IMG/VR virus record: IMGVR_UViG_3300027708_000015
From: a virus
Taxonomy: Duplodnaviria; Caudoviricetes
Reading direction: 5' to 3' (one strand)
Length of the DNA stretch: 64,000 nucleotides
Below are positions 19,481 through 27,493 of this stretch, in pieces. Position numbers and translations under genes: made by a program. Positions within the stretch are counted from its first letter, which is position 1. The number at the start of each line of letters is the position of its first letter. The notes under the pieces are model-generated. The model made no database searches. It saw nothing but the letters and a program-made list of their open reading frames with translations, and was not told the DNA's origin.

Positions 19481-19614
19481 TTGGTGTCCTTACAATCACA
19501 ATCTCTACCTTGTCTACAATTCCCAGTACAGGCACTGTTGATATTTTTTGGCCATCTTAGGCATAATGCTATCAATATAGCCCAACCAACTATAAAGCAA
19601 AATAGAAAAAACAT
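19477..19614 (-). CDS. Small membrane protein with Cys cluster (MFFLFCFIVGWAILIALCLRWPKNINSACTGNCRQGRDCDCKDTK), below the ORF-track cut-off
   Basis: Read manually: AAGGAG SD, N-terminal hydrophobic helix, CxxxCxxxxxCxC, ATGA overlap with the next gene. Confidence 0.6.
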   Translation of the reverse strand: MFFLFCFIVGWAILIALCLRWPKNINSACTGNCRQGRDCDCKDTK

Positions 19615-19791
19615 TTTCATCTCCTTATATGCCCAATCGGCCTATAAACCATTTTTTGGCAAATTTACTATAGCGAACTAGATAAATTTTTTTATTCCAT
19701 TTTAGTCTTAAACCAATACTGCTCATACTAGACAAAGGATAAAAATTTATGCCGTTATCTAATTTATCACCCTCATGTCTAAAGTATATCA

Positions 19792-20646
19792 TTAGGTTCC
19801 CCATTCGTTCTTGAATAACGGCACTTGTAAACGGTCGCTGTAACGCAGTCCGTGTTTCATAGCCGCCACTGCTACTGCACGATTGTTCAATGCGTATACG
19901 CTTTCAACTCCGCCAATGGGCATTAGATAACAATGTCCTGTAAAGCCGTTTTCTCGATAGATATCCAATGTTTCAATTGCTTCTTCAATATCGTCTTCGG
20001 TAGCAACTACAAATTTGAGATAAGTGTGTCCTATATCTTGATATTGCAACAGTACTTCTGGTTTGATAGCTTCATCTCTACTTTCGCCTGAACAACTTAA
20101 TTTGGCACTGACACTAAATGTAACTTCACGAACTTTAAAATCTTCAGGAAATTGCCACTTCATTAAGTAGTCTTCAAATTCTTTAGTCAAAGATTGAGTG
20201 CCATTTGTTTCAAATGTAATTTCTTGTAAGTCTGCCATGCGAGGATGATCTAATAAATCTGGATAAGCCTTTTGCCAACCCAGCAACGGTTCACCGCCAG
20301 TTATAACAAGATGTGCATCTTGCCATTTGTTTTCGGGAAGTATCTCCATTGTGCGTTCTACAATAGCATCAGTAGTCAGCATTGGGCTAAGATTCTTAAA
20401 GCGTGGATCCCAACTGGCATAGCTGTCACATCCTGTACTAACAAGCGGTAGTTCTTTGTAGTCATTGAACATGTGTACAACTTCAGCAATATCTTCAACT
20501 TCTTTGCTTAGTTCACCTTTGGGCATACCAAAGCCTGCACATTTAAAATTACAACCAAATGTACGCAAGAAAACAGACGGTACACCCATGTAACGTCCTT
20601 CACCTTGGATACTATAAAATAATTCTGCTATTTTAATTTTACTCAT
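19792..20646 (-). CDS. queE: 7-carboxy-7-deazaguanine synthase (radical SAM)
   Basis: ELFYSIQGEG..SVFLRTFGCNFKC..CDS; ITGGEPLL; ETNGT. Confidence 0.9.
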   Translation of the reverse strand: MSKIKIAELFYSIQGEGRYMGVPSVFLRTFGCNFKCAGFGMPKGELSKEVEDIAEVVHMFNDYKELPLVSTGCDSYASWDPRFKNLSPMLTTDAIVERTMEILPENKWQDAHLVITGGEPLLGWQKAYPDLLDHPRMADLQEITFETNGTQSLTKEFEDYLMKWQFPEDFKVREVTFSVSAKLSCSGESRDEAIKPEVLLQYQDIGHTYLKFVVATEDDIEEAIETLDIYRENGFTGHCYLMPIGGVESVYALNNRAVAVAAMKHGLRYSDRLQVPLFKNEWGT

Positions 20647-21041
20647 TCACAATCACCTTGTTCTGCTAATTTTGTTACTTTAGCACGTTCTGCCTTGTTT
20701 TGTCTAGTATTACGAAAAGATTCTACATCTTCCACTGCACTTAGTAATGTATTAGCATAATTGAATGCCTGTTGTCGACTCATTATCACAGTGGATTCTG
20801 TGTCAATATAGCCTTTGGTCAACAATGTCCAAACAGCATGCCAGCGAGTTTTACTCCACCAGTTGCTTTTTACAGTTGTATAGATAGTAACACTAACTTC
20901 GTGATCATCAGCTTCTACCCATACATGATGATCGTGATCCGATGCACCGCAGTTACATGTAACACGATAAACTTTTGAGTCTCCCCAATCGTTTGTTTGC
21001 ATTATGCCTTCGGCAGGTACTTGTATTTCTAATGATTTCAT
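20643..21041 (-). CDS. Hypothetical protein (CxC..H motif)
   Basis: 132 aa ORF coupled between folE and queE. Confidence 0.55.
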   Translation of the reverse strand: MKSLEIQVPAEGIMQTNDWGDSKVYRVTCNCGASDHDHHVWVEADDHEVSVTIYTTVKSNWWSKTRWHAVWTLLTKGYIDTESTVIMSRQQAFNYANTLLSAVEDVESFRNTRQNKAERAKVTKLAEQGDCE

Positions 21042-21793
21042 CTCGGAGCAAACTCCTGTTGCATTTTGATATTGTCAAAAAATTCTTTCTTTGTTCCTGG
21101 ATCGGTATTAAAAGCACCTTTGAGTACTGTAGTCTGTGTTAGACTAGAGTGCGCCATAATGCCACGATTCTCACAGCATCCGTGTACAGCTTGAATGTAC
21201 ACACCTAGGTCTGTGGCTCCTGTGGCTTTAGCAATTTCTCTTGCGATGTCGTTGCACAGTTCTTCCTGTAAAGTACCACGCCGAGCACACCACTGAGCAA
21301 TGCGAGTATACTTAGACAAACCAATGAGCTTCTCGGCAGCGATGATTCCAATATATGCAACTCCGCTAACTGGTTGATGATGATGAGAACACATACTGCG
21401 GAGTTCACTGCGAACAACGAGCATGCCTTCATAACGGTCTGCCGAATCATTTGGAAATGCTGTTGCGTCTGGTGCTGATTCATATCTTCCTGCCATTATT
21501 TCATTAAAGTACATCTTGGCCAAGCGTCGGGCTGTGCCTTTGCTGTTAGGATCGTTTTCACGATCAATTAACAAGCAATCTAACACTTTTTCAAATGCTA
21601 GAGTTGTTTCATTAATTAAATCTTCTTTCATTTTATCATCAATATATTCACTGATGTTATCTCCAGCCCAGAACCTTTTACCATTACGTTTCATTACAAA
21701 ACCTAAATAGTTGTGTGCAGTGCCTTCTTGATATCCGCTATCGCCGTACATGGCGTCAAGTGCTGTTTCGTTGTATGTTCTTGATTCTGTCAA
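21038..21793 (-). CDS. folE: GTP cyclohydrolase I (TTG start)
   Basis: SMCSHHHQP, GLSKYTRI, LQEEL and HGCCENRG motifs. Confidence 0.92.
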   Translation of the reverse strand: MTESRTYNETALDAMYGDSGYQEGTAHNYLGFVMKRNGKRFWAGDNISEYIDDKMKEDLINETTLAFEKVLDCLLIDRENDPNSKGTARRLAKMYFNEIMAGRYESAPDATAFPNDSADRYEGMLVVRSELRSMCSHHHQPVSGVAYIGIIAAEKLIGLSKYTRIAQWCARRGTLQEELCNDIAREIAKATGATDLGVYIQAVHGCCENRGIMAHSSLTQTTVLKGAFNTDPGTKKEFFDNIKMQQEFAPR

Positions 21794-21832
21794 TTTTATT
21801 CTCCGAGTTAGTGACGTGGATGTCTTAGTACT

Positions 21833-21861
21833 ACTATATAGGTTTATTTAGGTTTTTGCAA
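21833..21861 (-). promoter_or_regulatory. Sigma70-like promoter TTGCAA-17-TATAGT with CTAAATA late motif inside the spacer (dual promoter) for folE
   Basis: Boxes and spacing read directly from the sequence. Confidence 0.55.
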
Positions 21862-21872
21862 ATATTTTGTGT

Positions 21873-22130
21873 TCAAATTTTTTCTGATATCAGTACTTTG
21901 CATAAAGTAGCATCTATCTCTGACTTGAAGTAAAAATCCATTTTGTCATGACTGGGGTGACTGGTGTATCTATTTCCAGGTAATCCAAAGACGTCTAATA
22001 CATCTGCGCAGGTATCGTTCCACCAGTATTCTTTCTGTCCACGCCATGGGATACTTACAACATGTGTGTATCCTGCATCACGTGCAGGAATACGACTGTC
22101 CCAATTGCGATGTTTTTTACTGCCCTTCAT
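21873..22130 (-). CDS. Hypothetical protein (likely start MKGSKK)
   Basis: ORF track 21873..22169; downstream ATG chosen from the overlap pattern. Confidence 0.45.
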   Translation of the reverse strand: MKGSKKHRNWDSRIPARDAGYTHVVSIPWRGQKEYWWNDTCADVLDVFGLPGNRYTSHPSHDKMDFYFKSEIDATLCKVLISEKI

Positions 22131-22275
22131 GCTTCTTGGCCTCTGCAATTTCGTACTGCAGATATTCAATGTAGGACATCAATGCTTCGCGCCCTCTTTC
22201 AGTAGGCATTTTTAAAGTGTCTTCAGTAGCTTGTTTGAGTTTATCTTCAAGCTCTTGTACAGATAAACTTTTCAT
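22117..22275 (-). CDS. Small hypothetical protein, 52 aa (MKSLSVQELEDKLK…)
   Basis: Read manually; fills the gap and overlaps the upstream stop. Confidence 0.45.
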   Translation of the reverse strand: MKSLSVQELEDKLKQATEDTLKMPTERGREALMSYIEYLQYEIAEAKKHEGQ

Positions 22276-22481
22276 TTTCTAGTTCCAAGTTTAATAATAC
22301 TGCTACCGCCAAACAAGATATTAAAAGCCAACCAAGTTTGCCAAGTCAACTGTATATTTAGGTACTGCGGAAACAAAGTGTTCAACGCCCAAATACCTAT
22401 GATAGGTCCAAAAGCAACGGCAACTACAATTAATGCAATACCAAAGCCAAGTTTAATTAGTGATCCAGTTAATGATGTCAT
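22272..22481 (-). CDS. Small membrane protein
   Basis: Two hydrophobic segments; ATGA-coupled to the PRTase gene. Confidence 0.55.
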   Translation of the reverse strand: MTSLTGSLIKLGFGIALIVVAVAFGPIIGIWALNTLFPQYLNIQLTWQTWLAFNILFGGSSIIKLGTRK

Positions 22482-22966
22482 TTCCAAAATTCCTCCCAAG
22501 GATAAACGAGCCAGCAATCTTCTTCTGCTTTATTGACTTCCCAATAGGTATAATCAACATCCTGGTTGCTAGATAGATTGTTGGTCAATGTAGCAAACCG
22601 AACATTTTGTCCCCAGATATTGTTCCATTTGGGATCATCGGGAAGCGCACTGGATTGCCAATCGTGCTTGATCCATTCAATTGTGCTGCCTTGGTCATTG
22701 ATATCGTCAACAACCAAAATGTTTACACCATTGAATGCATCTTCTGCCATTCCACAATCACTTACACAAATGCCGCCGTCTCTCAGGCTGACCATAAGTG
22801 TGGCCATGGGAATATCTAAATATTGACTGATCAAGTTAGCGGGTACTAGCCCACCTCGATTAAGACCAACTATGTATTTTGGTAACCAATTATCTTGAAC
22901 CATTTGACGAGAAAGGTCTAAACAACCACCTTCTACTTGTTGCCAAGTGTAGTATATTTTCTTCAT
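22478..22966 (-). CDS. Type I phosphoribosyltransferase (xanthine/guanine PRT-like)
   Basis: VGLNRGGLVPA and PRPP-binding loop ILVVDDINDQGST; C-terminal WLVYPWE. Confidence 0.85.
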   Translation of the reverse strand: MKKIYYTWQQVEGGCLDLSRQMVQDNWLPKYIVGLNRGGLVPANLISQYLDIPMATLMVSLRDGGICVSDCGMAEDAFNGVNILVVDDINDQGSTIEWIKHDWQSSALPDDPKWNNIWGQNVRFATLTNNLSSNQDVDYTYWEVNKAEEDCWLVYPWEEFWK

Positions 22967-23181
22967 TGCAGTATCGCTGGTGTAAATTTTTTAACTTGTG
23001 TTCTACTAGCTGAAATATTGTCAACCATTGCATTGTAGTCAATTTCGTCTAGCCCTGATTTGTATATGCTTAAAGAAATAGCCATCATAACAGCGGCAAC
23101 TTCCATAGCACCGTATTTCTCAACCATACCGTCGGCAATACCCAAATATAAATCGTATAATTCTTGTAAATTATCGCTCAT
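22963..23181 (-). CDS. Hypothetical protein (likely start MSDNLQ)
   Basis: ATGA coupling at both ends. Confidence 0.5.
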   Translation of the reverse strand: MSDNLQELYDLYLGIADGMVEKYGAMEVAAVMMAISLSIYKSGLDEIDYNAMVDNISASRTQVKKFTPAILQ

Positions 23182-23408
23182 GCTGTCAATGCCTGTGCAA
23201 GAGTTGCCATTTCTTCTTTGGTCATAAAGAAATTGTATACAGCAGTATCTGTGATTTTGCCGTCTTTCAAACATTGCTGTTCCATATCAACACTGAACAA
23301 GCCTTTAGGCATGAGTACTTCATGTTTTTTCAACACAAGGCGGAACCCTTCGTGTTCTTTAATAATTGTTTCTGTGTAGGTATCTTTGATCGATTCATGT
23401 AGTTTCAT
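23178..23408 (-). CDS. Hypothetical protein (likely start MKLHES)
   Basis: ORF track 23178..23450, start adjusted. Confidence 0.5.
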   Translation of the reverse strand: MKLHESIKDTYTETIIKEHEGFRLVLKKHEVLMPKGLFSVDMEQQCLKDGKITDTAVYNFFMTKEEMATLAQALTA

Positions 23409-23820
23409 TGTCAGTTCCTTTAATTGCATGCCACATTCTGTATTTGGCAAGTTCGTTTATATAATCGTAGTACATTTTTTGTAGCTTGGGATGCTTCTTT
23501 TCAAGTATAACATCTCGTTCTGGAATTTGCAATACCTTTTCGATTGTGTTTAACCGTTCTTCTAAATTTCGTCCGTTAATTACTAGATCACCTTTGACGT
23601 CAAGTGTAGGCTGACTTTTGCCTGCATTAACAGTCAACACTTGGTCGTAGTTGTTGAGTGTCGCCCAATTGACAGTACCGGTTCCTGTAGTTGTGTAAAC
23701 TTGTCCGCTCAACTGCGGAGGTACGGCTCCGTATCCAGATAAAGTAGTGGCAACGGTATTAACCGTTTTGTTTACGGGAAGCGAGATAGTTGTCATTGTG
23801 TATCCATTTATTATCGACAA
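23395..23820 (-). CDS. Hypothetical protein with T/S-rich N-terminus
   Basis: 141 aa ORF; C-terminal K(K)HPKLQKMY resembles KEYPALKIAF in 24204..24575. Confidence 0.55.
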   Translation of the reverse strand: MSIINGYTMTTISLPVNKTVNTVATTLSGYGAVPPQLSGQVYTTTGTGTVNWATLNNYDQVLTVNAGKSQPTLDVKGDLVINGRNLEERLNTIEKVLQIPERDVILEKKHPKLQKMYYDYINELAKYRMWHAIKGTDNETT

Positions 23821-24238
23821 GGAATCCCCATTGTCGTTTGTGTGGGCCCGGCATAAACAATGTCCATGCTGTAACGCCTGGTTTTAATTCTACTCGATGA
23901 TAGCTGTTGGGCCTGCATATACGGAAATGCCCAGGACCACGCCATTTACGAATTTCACAACTTTTAGTTCCATCTGGATTGAATTGGGGGATCCATTCAT
24001 AATAACCGCCAGCTAAAATAAATGTAGCATATGACCATGGGTGATCATGCACATCGTCTGGATCGCCTTTTAGAAACTTGTGAATGTAGATATTGAATCC
24101 AGTGTGGTATCTGGTATTGAATAATGGATAGTAACGTTCCAAGTATGGCTCGTTATCCACACGATCCATGATCACACGTTTACGGCCTTTGCTATCAAGC
24201 CAATTAAGGAAGCGGTCTCTGATCTTCTGGAGTATCAT
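23759..24238 (-). CDS. Cupin-fold metal-binding protein
   Basis: IHKF..DVHDHPW..ILAGGYYE..YHRVEL..WTLF cupin motifs. Confidence 0.7.
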   Translation of the reverse strand: MILQKIRDRFLNWLDSKGRKRVIMDRVDNEPYLERYYPLFNTRYHTGFNIYIHKFLKGDPDDVHDHPWSYATFILAGGYYEWIPQFNPDGTKSCEIRKWRGPGHFRICRPNSYHRVELKPGVTAWTLFMPGPHKRQWGFLVDNKWIHNDNYLASRKQNG

Positions 24239-24575
24239 AATGGTCTTTTACTAGTTTATATGTTGTCTTAAATTTATCAAATGCTATTTTTAATGCTGGG
24301 TATTCTTTACACATTGTCTGGATTCTATTCCAGTCGGGAAAACAGCCATCCCATTCTTCAGGTGCACTCCAACTGAATCCACTACCGGCACCACCAATAG
24401 TGAATCCTGTACTAGAACTGCTAGTACCGCCACTACTGATAGTTATTGTACCACTGTTGGACCCACCCATACCTGCACCTGTAGTATAATAGTAGCTGTC
24501 ACTGGTACTATTACTAATGGTGATAGTATCAGTTGATGTGATCGAGTAATTTGTTAGCACTGAAGAAGTTGTCAT
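24204..24575 (-). CDS. Hypothetical protein with S/T/G low-complexity N-terminus
   Basis: 123 aa ORF. Confidence 0.55.
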   Translation of the reverse strand: MTTSSVLTNYSITSTDTITISNSTSDSYYYTTGAGMGGSNSGTITISSGGTSSSSTGFTIGGAGSGFSWSAPEEWDGCFPDWNRIQTMCKEYPALKIAFDKFKTTYKLVKDHYDTPEDQRPLP

Positions 24576-25629
24576 GCAGATCCCTTGTCTGTTTACGTAT
24601 GGCAGGTATCCTTGTAGAATAATTGTCCATATGTTCTATAATCTTACGGCACAAATCTGGGCGATACACAGTGTATGTATCATAATCATTTGTCCATACG
24701 CTGGGATATTTGAATGTGTCGTAATACATTTCACTGTAACTAAGTCTATCTGGAACCATTGGTATAGCATCTACTACTGCACCTTCGTAACAACTGATGC
24801 CCAGCGTTTCTTGCAGATTGGCACTGAATACCATTTTTGCTTCGCCTAACAAGTTGTGATATTCATTTTTTGTTAACTGTTGATCCTGACACACTACAAA
24901 TTCATACTGAGGCAAATGATGTGCTAAGTCTCTAAAAATCTCAACTTGTTTTTCTGGGGCAATACGATGTGGAAAAAGAATAAGGTCACGTTTGGGCATA
25001 TTCTTGTACATGGTCAAGGTATCGTCCATATACTCCATGGGCCAACCTGTGCGTACAAATTTATCACTAAATGTGCCAGCACGTAGTTCTGCTAGATCGT
25101 CCTCAAACCAAGGATTCTCTGTTGGATAATCATTTAATAGATTGGTAAAGAATAATTCAATGTGAAACTGTGTAGCAAAGTAATTATAATCAAATGCGTA
25201 GAAGAAACTCTTCTCTGCATGACGTACCCAGGGTTTAGCACCAACCAGTCGACCCAAGAAGTCTTGAGGATCATAACTACCAGCATGCCATAGGCCATGC
25301 GTAGTTACTGGTATATTCAGCAACTCACTCATGTACTTTAAGTTTATGATGCCAGGGTGCCAAGCATCAGTAAAGATGAAGTGATCATTAGGATTAATTG
25401 ATCCGGAGCAAAATAAGCGGCCAATCTTCTCAACTTGACTAGCCTTGTAAATATTGGTGCCGCCAAAATTAAGAAAAGCACCAGGAGTAGTGGCTTTAGG
25501 AATATCCTCAGGGCCAGAGATAATTTGAACATTGTGTCCTGCCTTGCGTAAGAGATTAGGTACATGGCGTTTCCATTCGCCAGTGTACCGTGTGTCAACA
25601 GCTTCTAGATCAACTAGGAATACGGTCAT
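24529..25629 (-). CDS. GT-B (GT4-like) glycosyltransferase (likely start MTVFLV)
   Basis: LFPHRIAPEKQ and FSANLQETLGISCYEG..PMVPDRLSYSE match the C-terminal GT-B donor-binding motif. Confidence 0.75.
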   Translation of the reverse strand: MTVFLVDLEAVDTRYTGEWKRHVPNLLRKAGHNVQIISGPEDIPKATTPGAFLNFGGTNIYKASQVEKIGRLFCSGSINPNDHFIFTDAWHPGIINLKYMSELLNIPVTTHGLWHAGSYDPQDFLGRLVGAKPWVRHAEKSFFYAFDYNYFATQFHIELFFTNLLNDYPTENPWFEDDLAELRAGTFSDKFVRTGWPMEYMDDTLTMYKNMPKRDLILFPHRIAPEKQVEIFRDLAHHLPQYEFVVCQDQQLTKNEYHNLLGEAKMVFSANLQETLGISCYEGAVVDAIPMVPDRLSYSEMYYDTFKYPSVWTNDYDTYTVYRPDLCRKIIEHMDNYSTRIPAIRKQTRDLHDNFFSANKLLDHIN

Positions 25630-25870
25630 TGCTATTGTACCGTGGATTCTTACCGAGGTAAGGTTTACGTTCGCCTGTGAACGGCTTTTTAGGACGACGA
25701 CTCTTGTCGAAGTTGCGCCACTGCCAGCTTTCTCTATTGTAGAGATGACCTTCGTTAAACTCACAAAGTTCTGAACGGCACCAGTTATGGAATGCCTCTA
25801 GATCTTCGAACAGTTTTACAATGTCCGGACGAGTTGAAAAGTAACTGACTTCTTTGTAATTCTTAGCCAT
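25610..25870 (-). CDS. Hypothetical protein (likely start MAKNYK)
   Basis: GAGG SD; basic C-terminus. Confidence 0.5.
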   Translation of the reverse strand: MAKNYKEVSYFSTRPDIVKLFEDLEAFHNWCRSELCEFNEGHLYNRESWQWRNFDKSRRPKKPFTGERKPYLGKNPRYNSNDRIPS

Positions 25871-25883
25871 AATAGCCTCTATT

Positions 25884-26279
25884 TTAATATTTGATAAATG
25901 AACCATTTTCTCCATCTTCGGAGACCTCAATCCAAACCTCACGGCCTGGATACTTTGCTGAGATAGCGTCAAACAAATCGCCTGACATCATCTCACAACT
26001 TTTGTAGTCTAACGCCAGTATACTATCTTTATAAAGATTTAGCAACCATCGTTTGAACTGAATAAACTCAATATCACGATCGTCATGTGTAACACTTATC
26101 CATACTTTGAAATGGAATATATGACGATGCGGAGAAGCCAAAAACGACACATCATATTCATCCCCTGTTGCTAGGGTAGGATCGGTAGCTGCCGCTGGAT
26201 ATGCATGGATTCCTTCTTTGCTAAATGTGACCCAAATCATTTTGTTAGGTCTAATGTCTTGTCGTATTGTAATGTTCAT
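25884..26279 (-). CDS. QueD-paralogue T-fold protein (DpdL-like; candidate CDG decarboxylase)
   Basis: LASPHRHIF = LxxxHRHxF rather than canonical QueD CxxxHGH; DIEFIQ; SCEMM; VEVSEDGENG-type C-terminus. Confidence 0.7.
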   Translation of the reverse strand: MNITIRQDIRPNKMIWVTFSKEGIHAYPAAATDPTLATGDEYDVSFLASPHRHIFHFKVWISVTHDDRDIEFIQFKRWLLNLYKDSILALDYKSCEMMSGDLFDAISAKYPGREVWIEVSEDGENGSFIKY

Positions 26280-26695
26280 TGTGCAGGTTCCCATAGTGAG
26301 CCAGGTAGTTCAATTTCGTAAGAATATCTGTTTAGATGATGTTTACTTTGTATTGTAACATGAGCATGACAGTTTTTGCAAAGTATTTCTTTATTGGCTG
26401 GATCATTGTTATGACGATTTCCGTCTATATGATTTATGTCCAACTGTTCAGGATACATGATGGTTGCTGTACACTTGAATCCGTGATGTGCATCTACGTT
26501 TGAACACCCTTGTTTTAATTTCCAATTATCCACTTCTGATTTCCTTTCATTTCTATGAGACTCACAACAGTTTTTCCATTTGATATTTGCAGACCCATCT
26601 TTTCCTTTATCTAAGTTATGATAACTTACTTTTGATGCACAGTCTGGTGCCGAGCATACTGGTGCATAGTTGTTGTATGGAGACCGTTTTCTCAT
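26276..26695 (-). CDS. HNH endonuclease-like protein
   Basis: DINHIDGNRHNNDPANKEILCKNCHAH (HNH core with CxxC); N-terminal CxxxxC. Confidence 0.8.
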   Translation of the reverse strand: MRKRSPYNNYAPVCSAPDCASKVSYHNLDKGKDGSANIKWKNCCESHRNERKSEVDNWKLKQGCSNVDAHHGFKCTATIMYPEQLDINHIDGNRHNNDPANKEILCKNCHAHVTIQSKHHLNRYSYEIELPGSLWEPAQ

Positions 26696-27243
26696 TTTAT
26701 AATCTCGTCTTTCGTATATTCATCCCAATTGGTAAAATACTTGCGTTGTGTGACAGCACCAATTGGTACACACCACACCCCTGGATTAGTTGCATCAAAG
26801 TCTTTGTCATCGATCTTGATTGTAGCATTATATCCTAGCTGATTTAGATAAGGCAATTTTACACTAATTTGTGGAATAAATCTACGATGTTCGGTTAAAC
26901 CACTTTCTAAAAGACCTTCATGTTCACGTATATCAAAGTCCAAGGTACACCAATATCCAGCTTCTAAACAGTCCTGGATCATGTATTCCCATGGGCGCCA
27001 AGTGTCTACATCATTCACGCCATTAGTTTTGAAACTTTGATTAGCACCAAAATAGATATGTTTGATACGTTTGCTCTCGTCTAACAGTGCTTGGGTATCG
27101 TTAACAATATGTAACACAGTCTTAGGATCATGTACACCTACTACAAACAGAGTTTTCATTCCGTATGCAGGAGTGCGTTCAATTTCAGTACCAACAAAGA
27201 ATGTTACATCTTCGCTAGTACCACTAGTATATTCACGTTTCAT
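26692..27243 (-). CDS. Uncharacterised protein of the deazaguanine cluster (possibly DpdM-like; unverified)
   Basis: 183 aa; FFVGTEIE..KTLFVVG; HIYFGANQS; TIKIDD..NPGVWC; position next to the dpdA-like gene. Confidence 0.4.
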   Translation of the reverse strand: MKREYTSGTSEDVTFFVGTEIERTPAYGMKTLFVVGVHDPKTVLHIVNDTQALLDESKRIKHIYFGANQSFKTNGVNDVDTWRPWEYMIQDCLEAGYWCTLDFDIREHEGLLESGLTEHRRFIPQISVKLPYLNQLGYNATIKIDDKDFDATNPGVWCVPIGAVTQRKYFTNWDEYTKDEIIK

Positions 27244-27493
27244 TTGTAAATTTTTTCCCTTCTTCCCAGTATTTGATCATACGTTGTACATCTTCCATGC
27301 GTTCTGTTACAACCTCTGGAGCGGCACGTTCCAATTCTTTCATGTTGTGATAACTGGGATAGTGACGTAAACACCAACGTGCTCGTTCACGGATTTCTTT
27401 AGGCAGACGCGGGGTTTTTTGAGGATTCATTAGATCCTGTAAAAACTCTTCTGTTTTTTGTATGCTTCGAAATCTTTCATCTGGTAATGTCAT
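27233..27493 (-). CDS. Hypothetical protein
   Basis: 86 aa; MTLPDER..TPRLPKEIR..LRHYP. Confidence 0.55.
   Translation of the reverse strand: MTLPDERFRSIQKTEEFLQDLMNPQKTPRLPKEIRERARWCLRHYPSYHNMKELERAAPEVVTERMEDVQRMIKYWEEGKKFTNET

Noticed and set aside
21795-21832. preQ1 riboswitch upstream of folE
   Set aside because: Lacks the preQ1-I stem/loop and 3' A-rich tail pattern; only a 3-bp hairpin is visible
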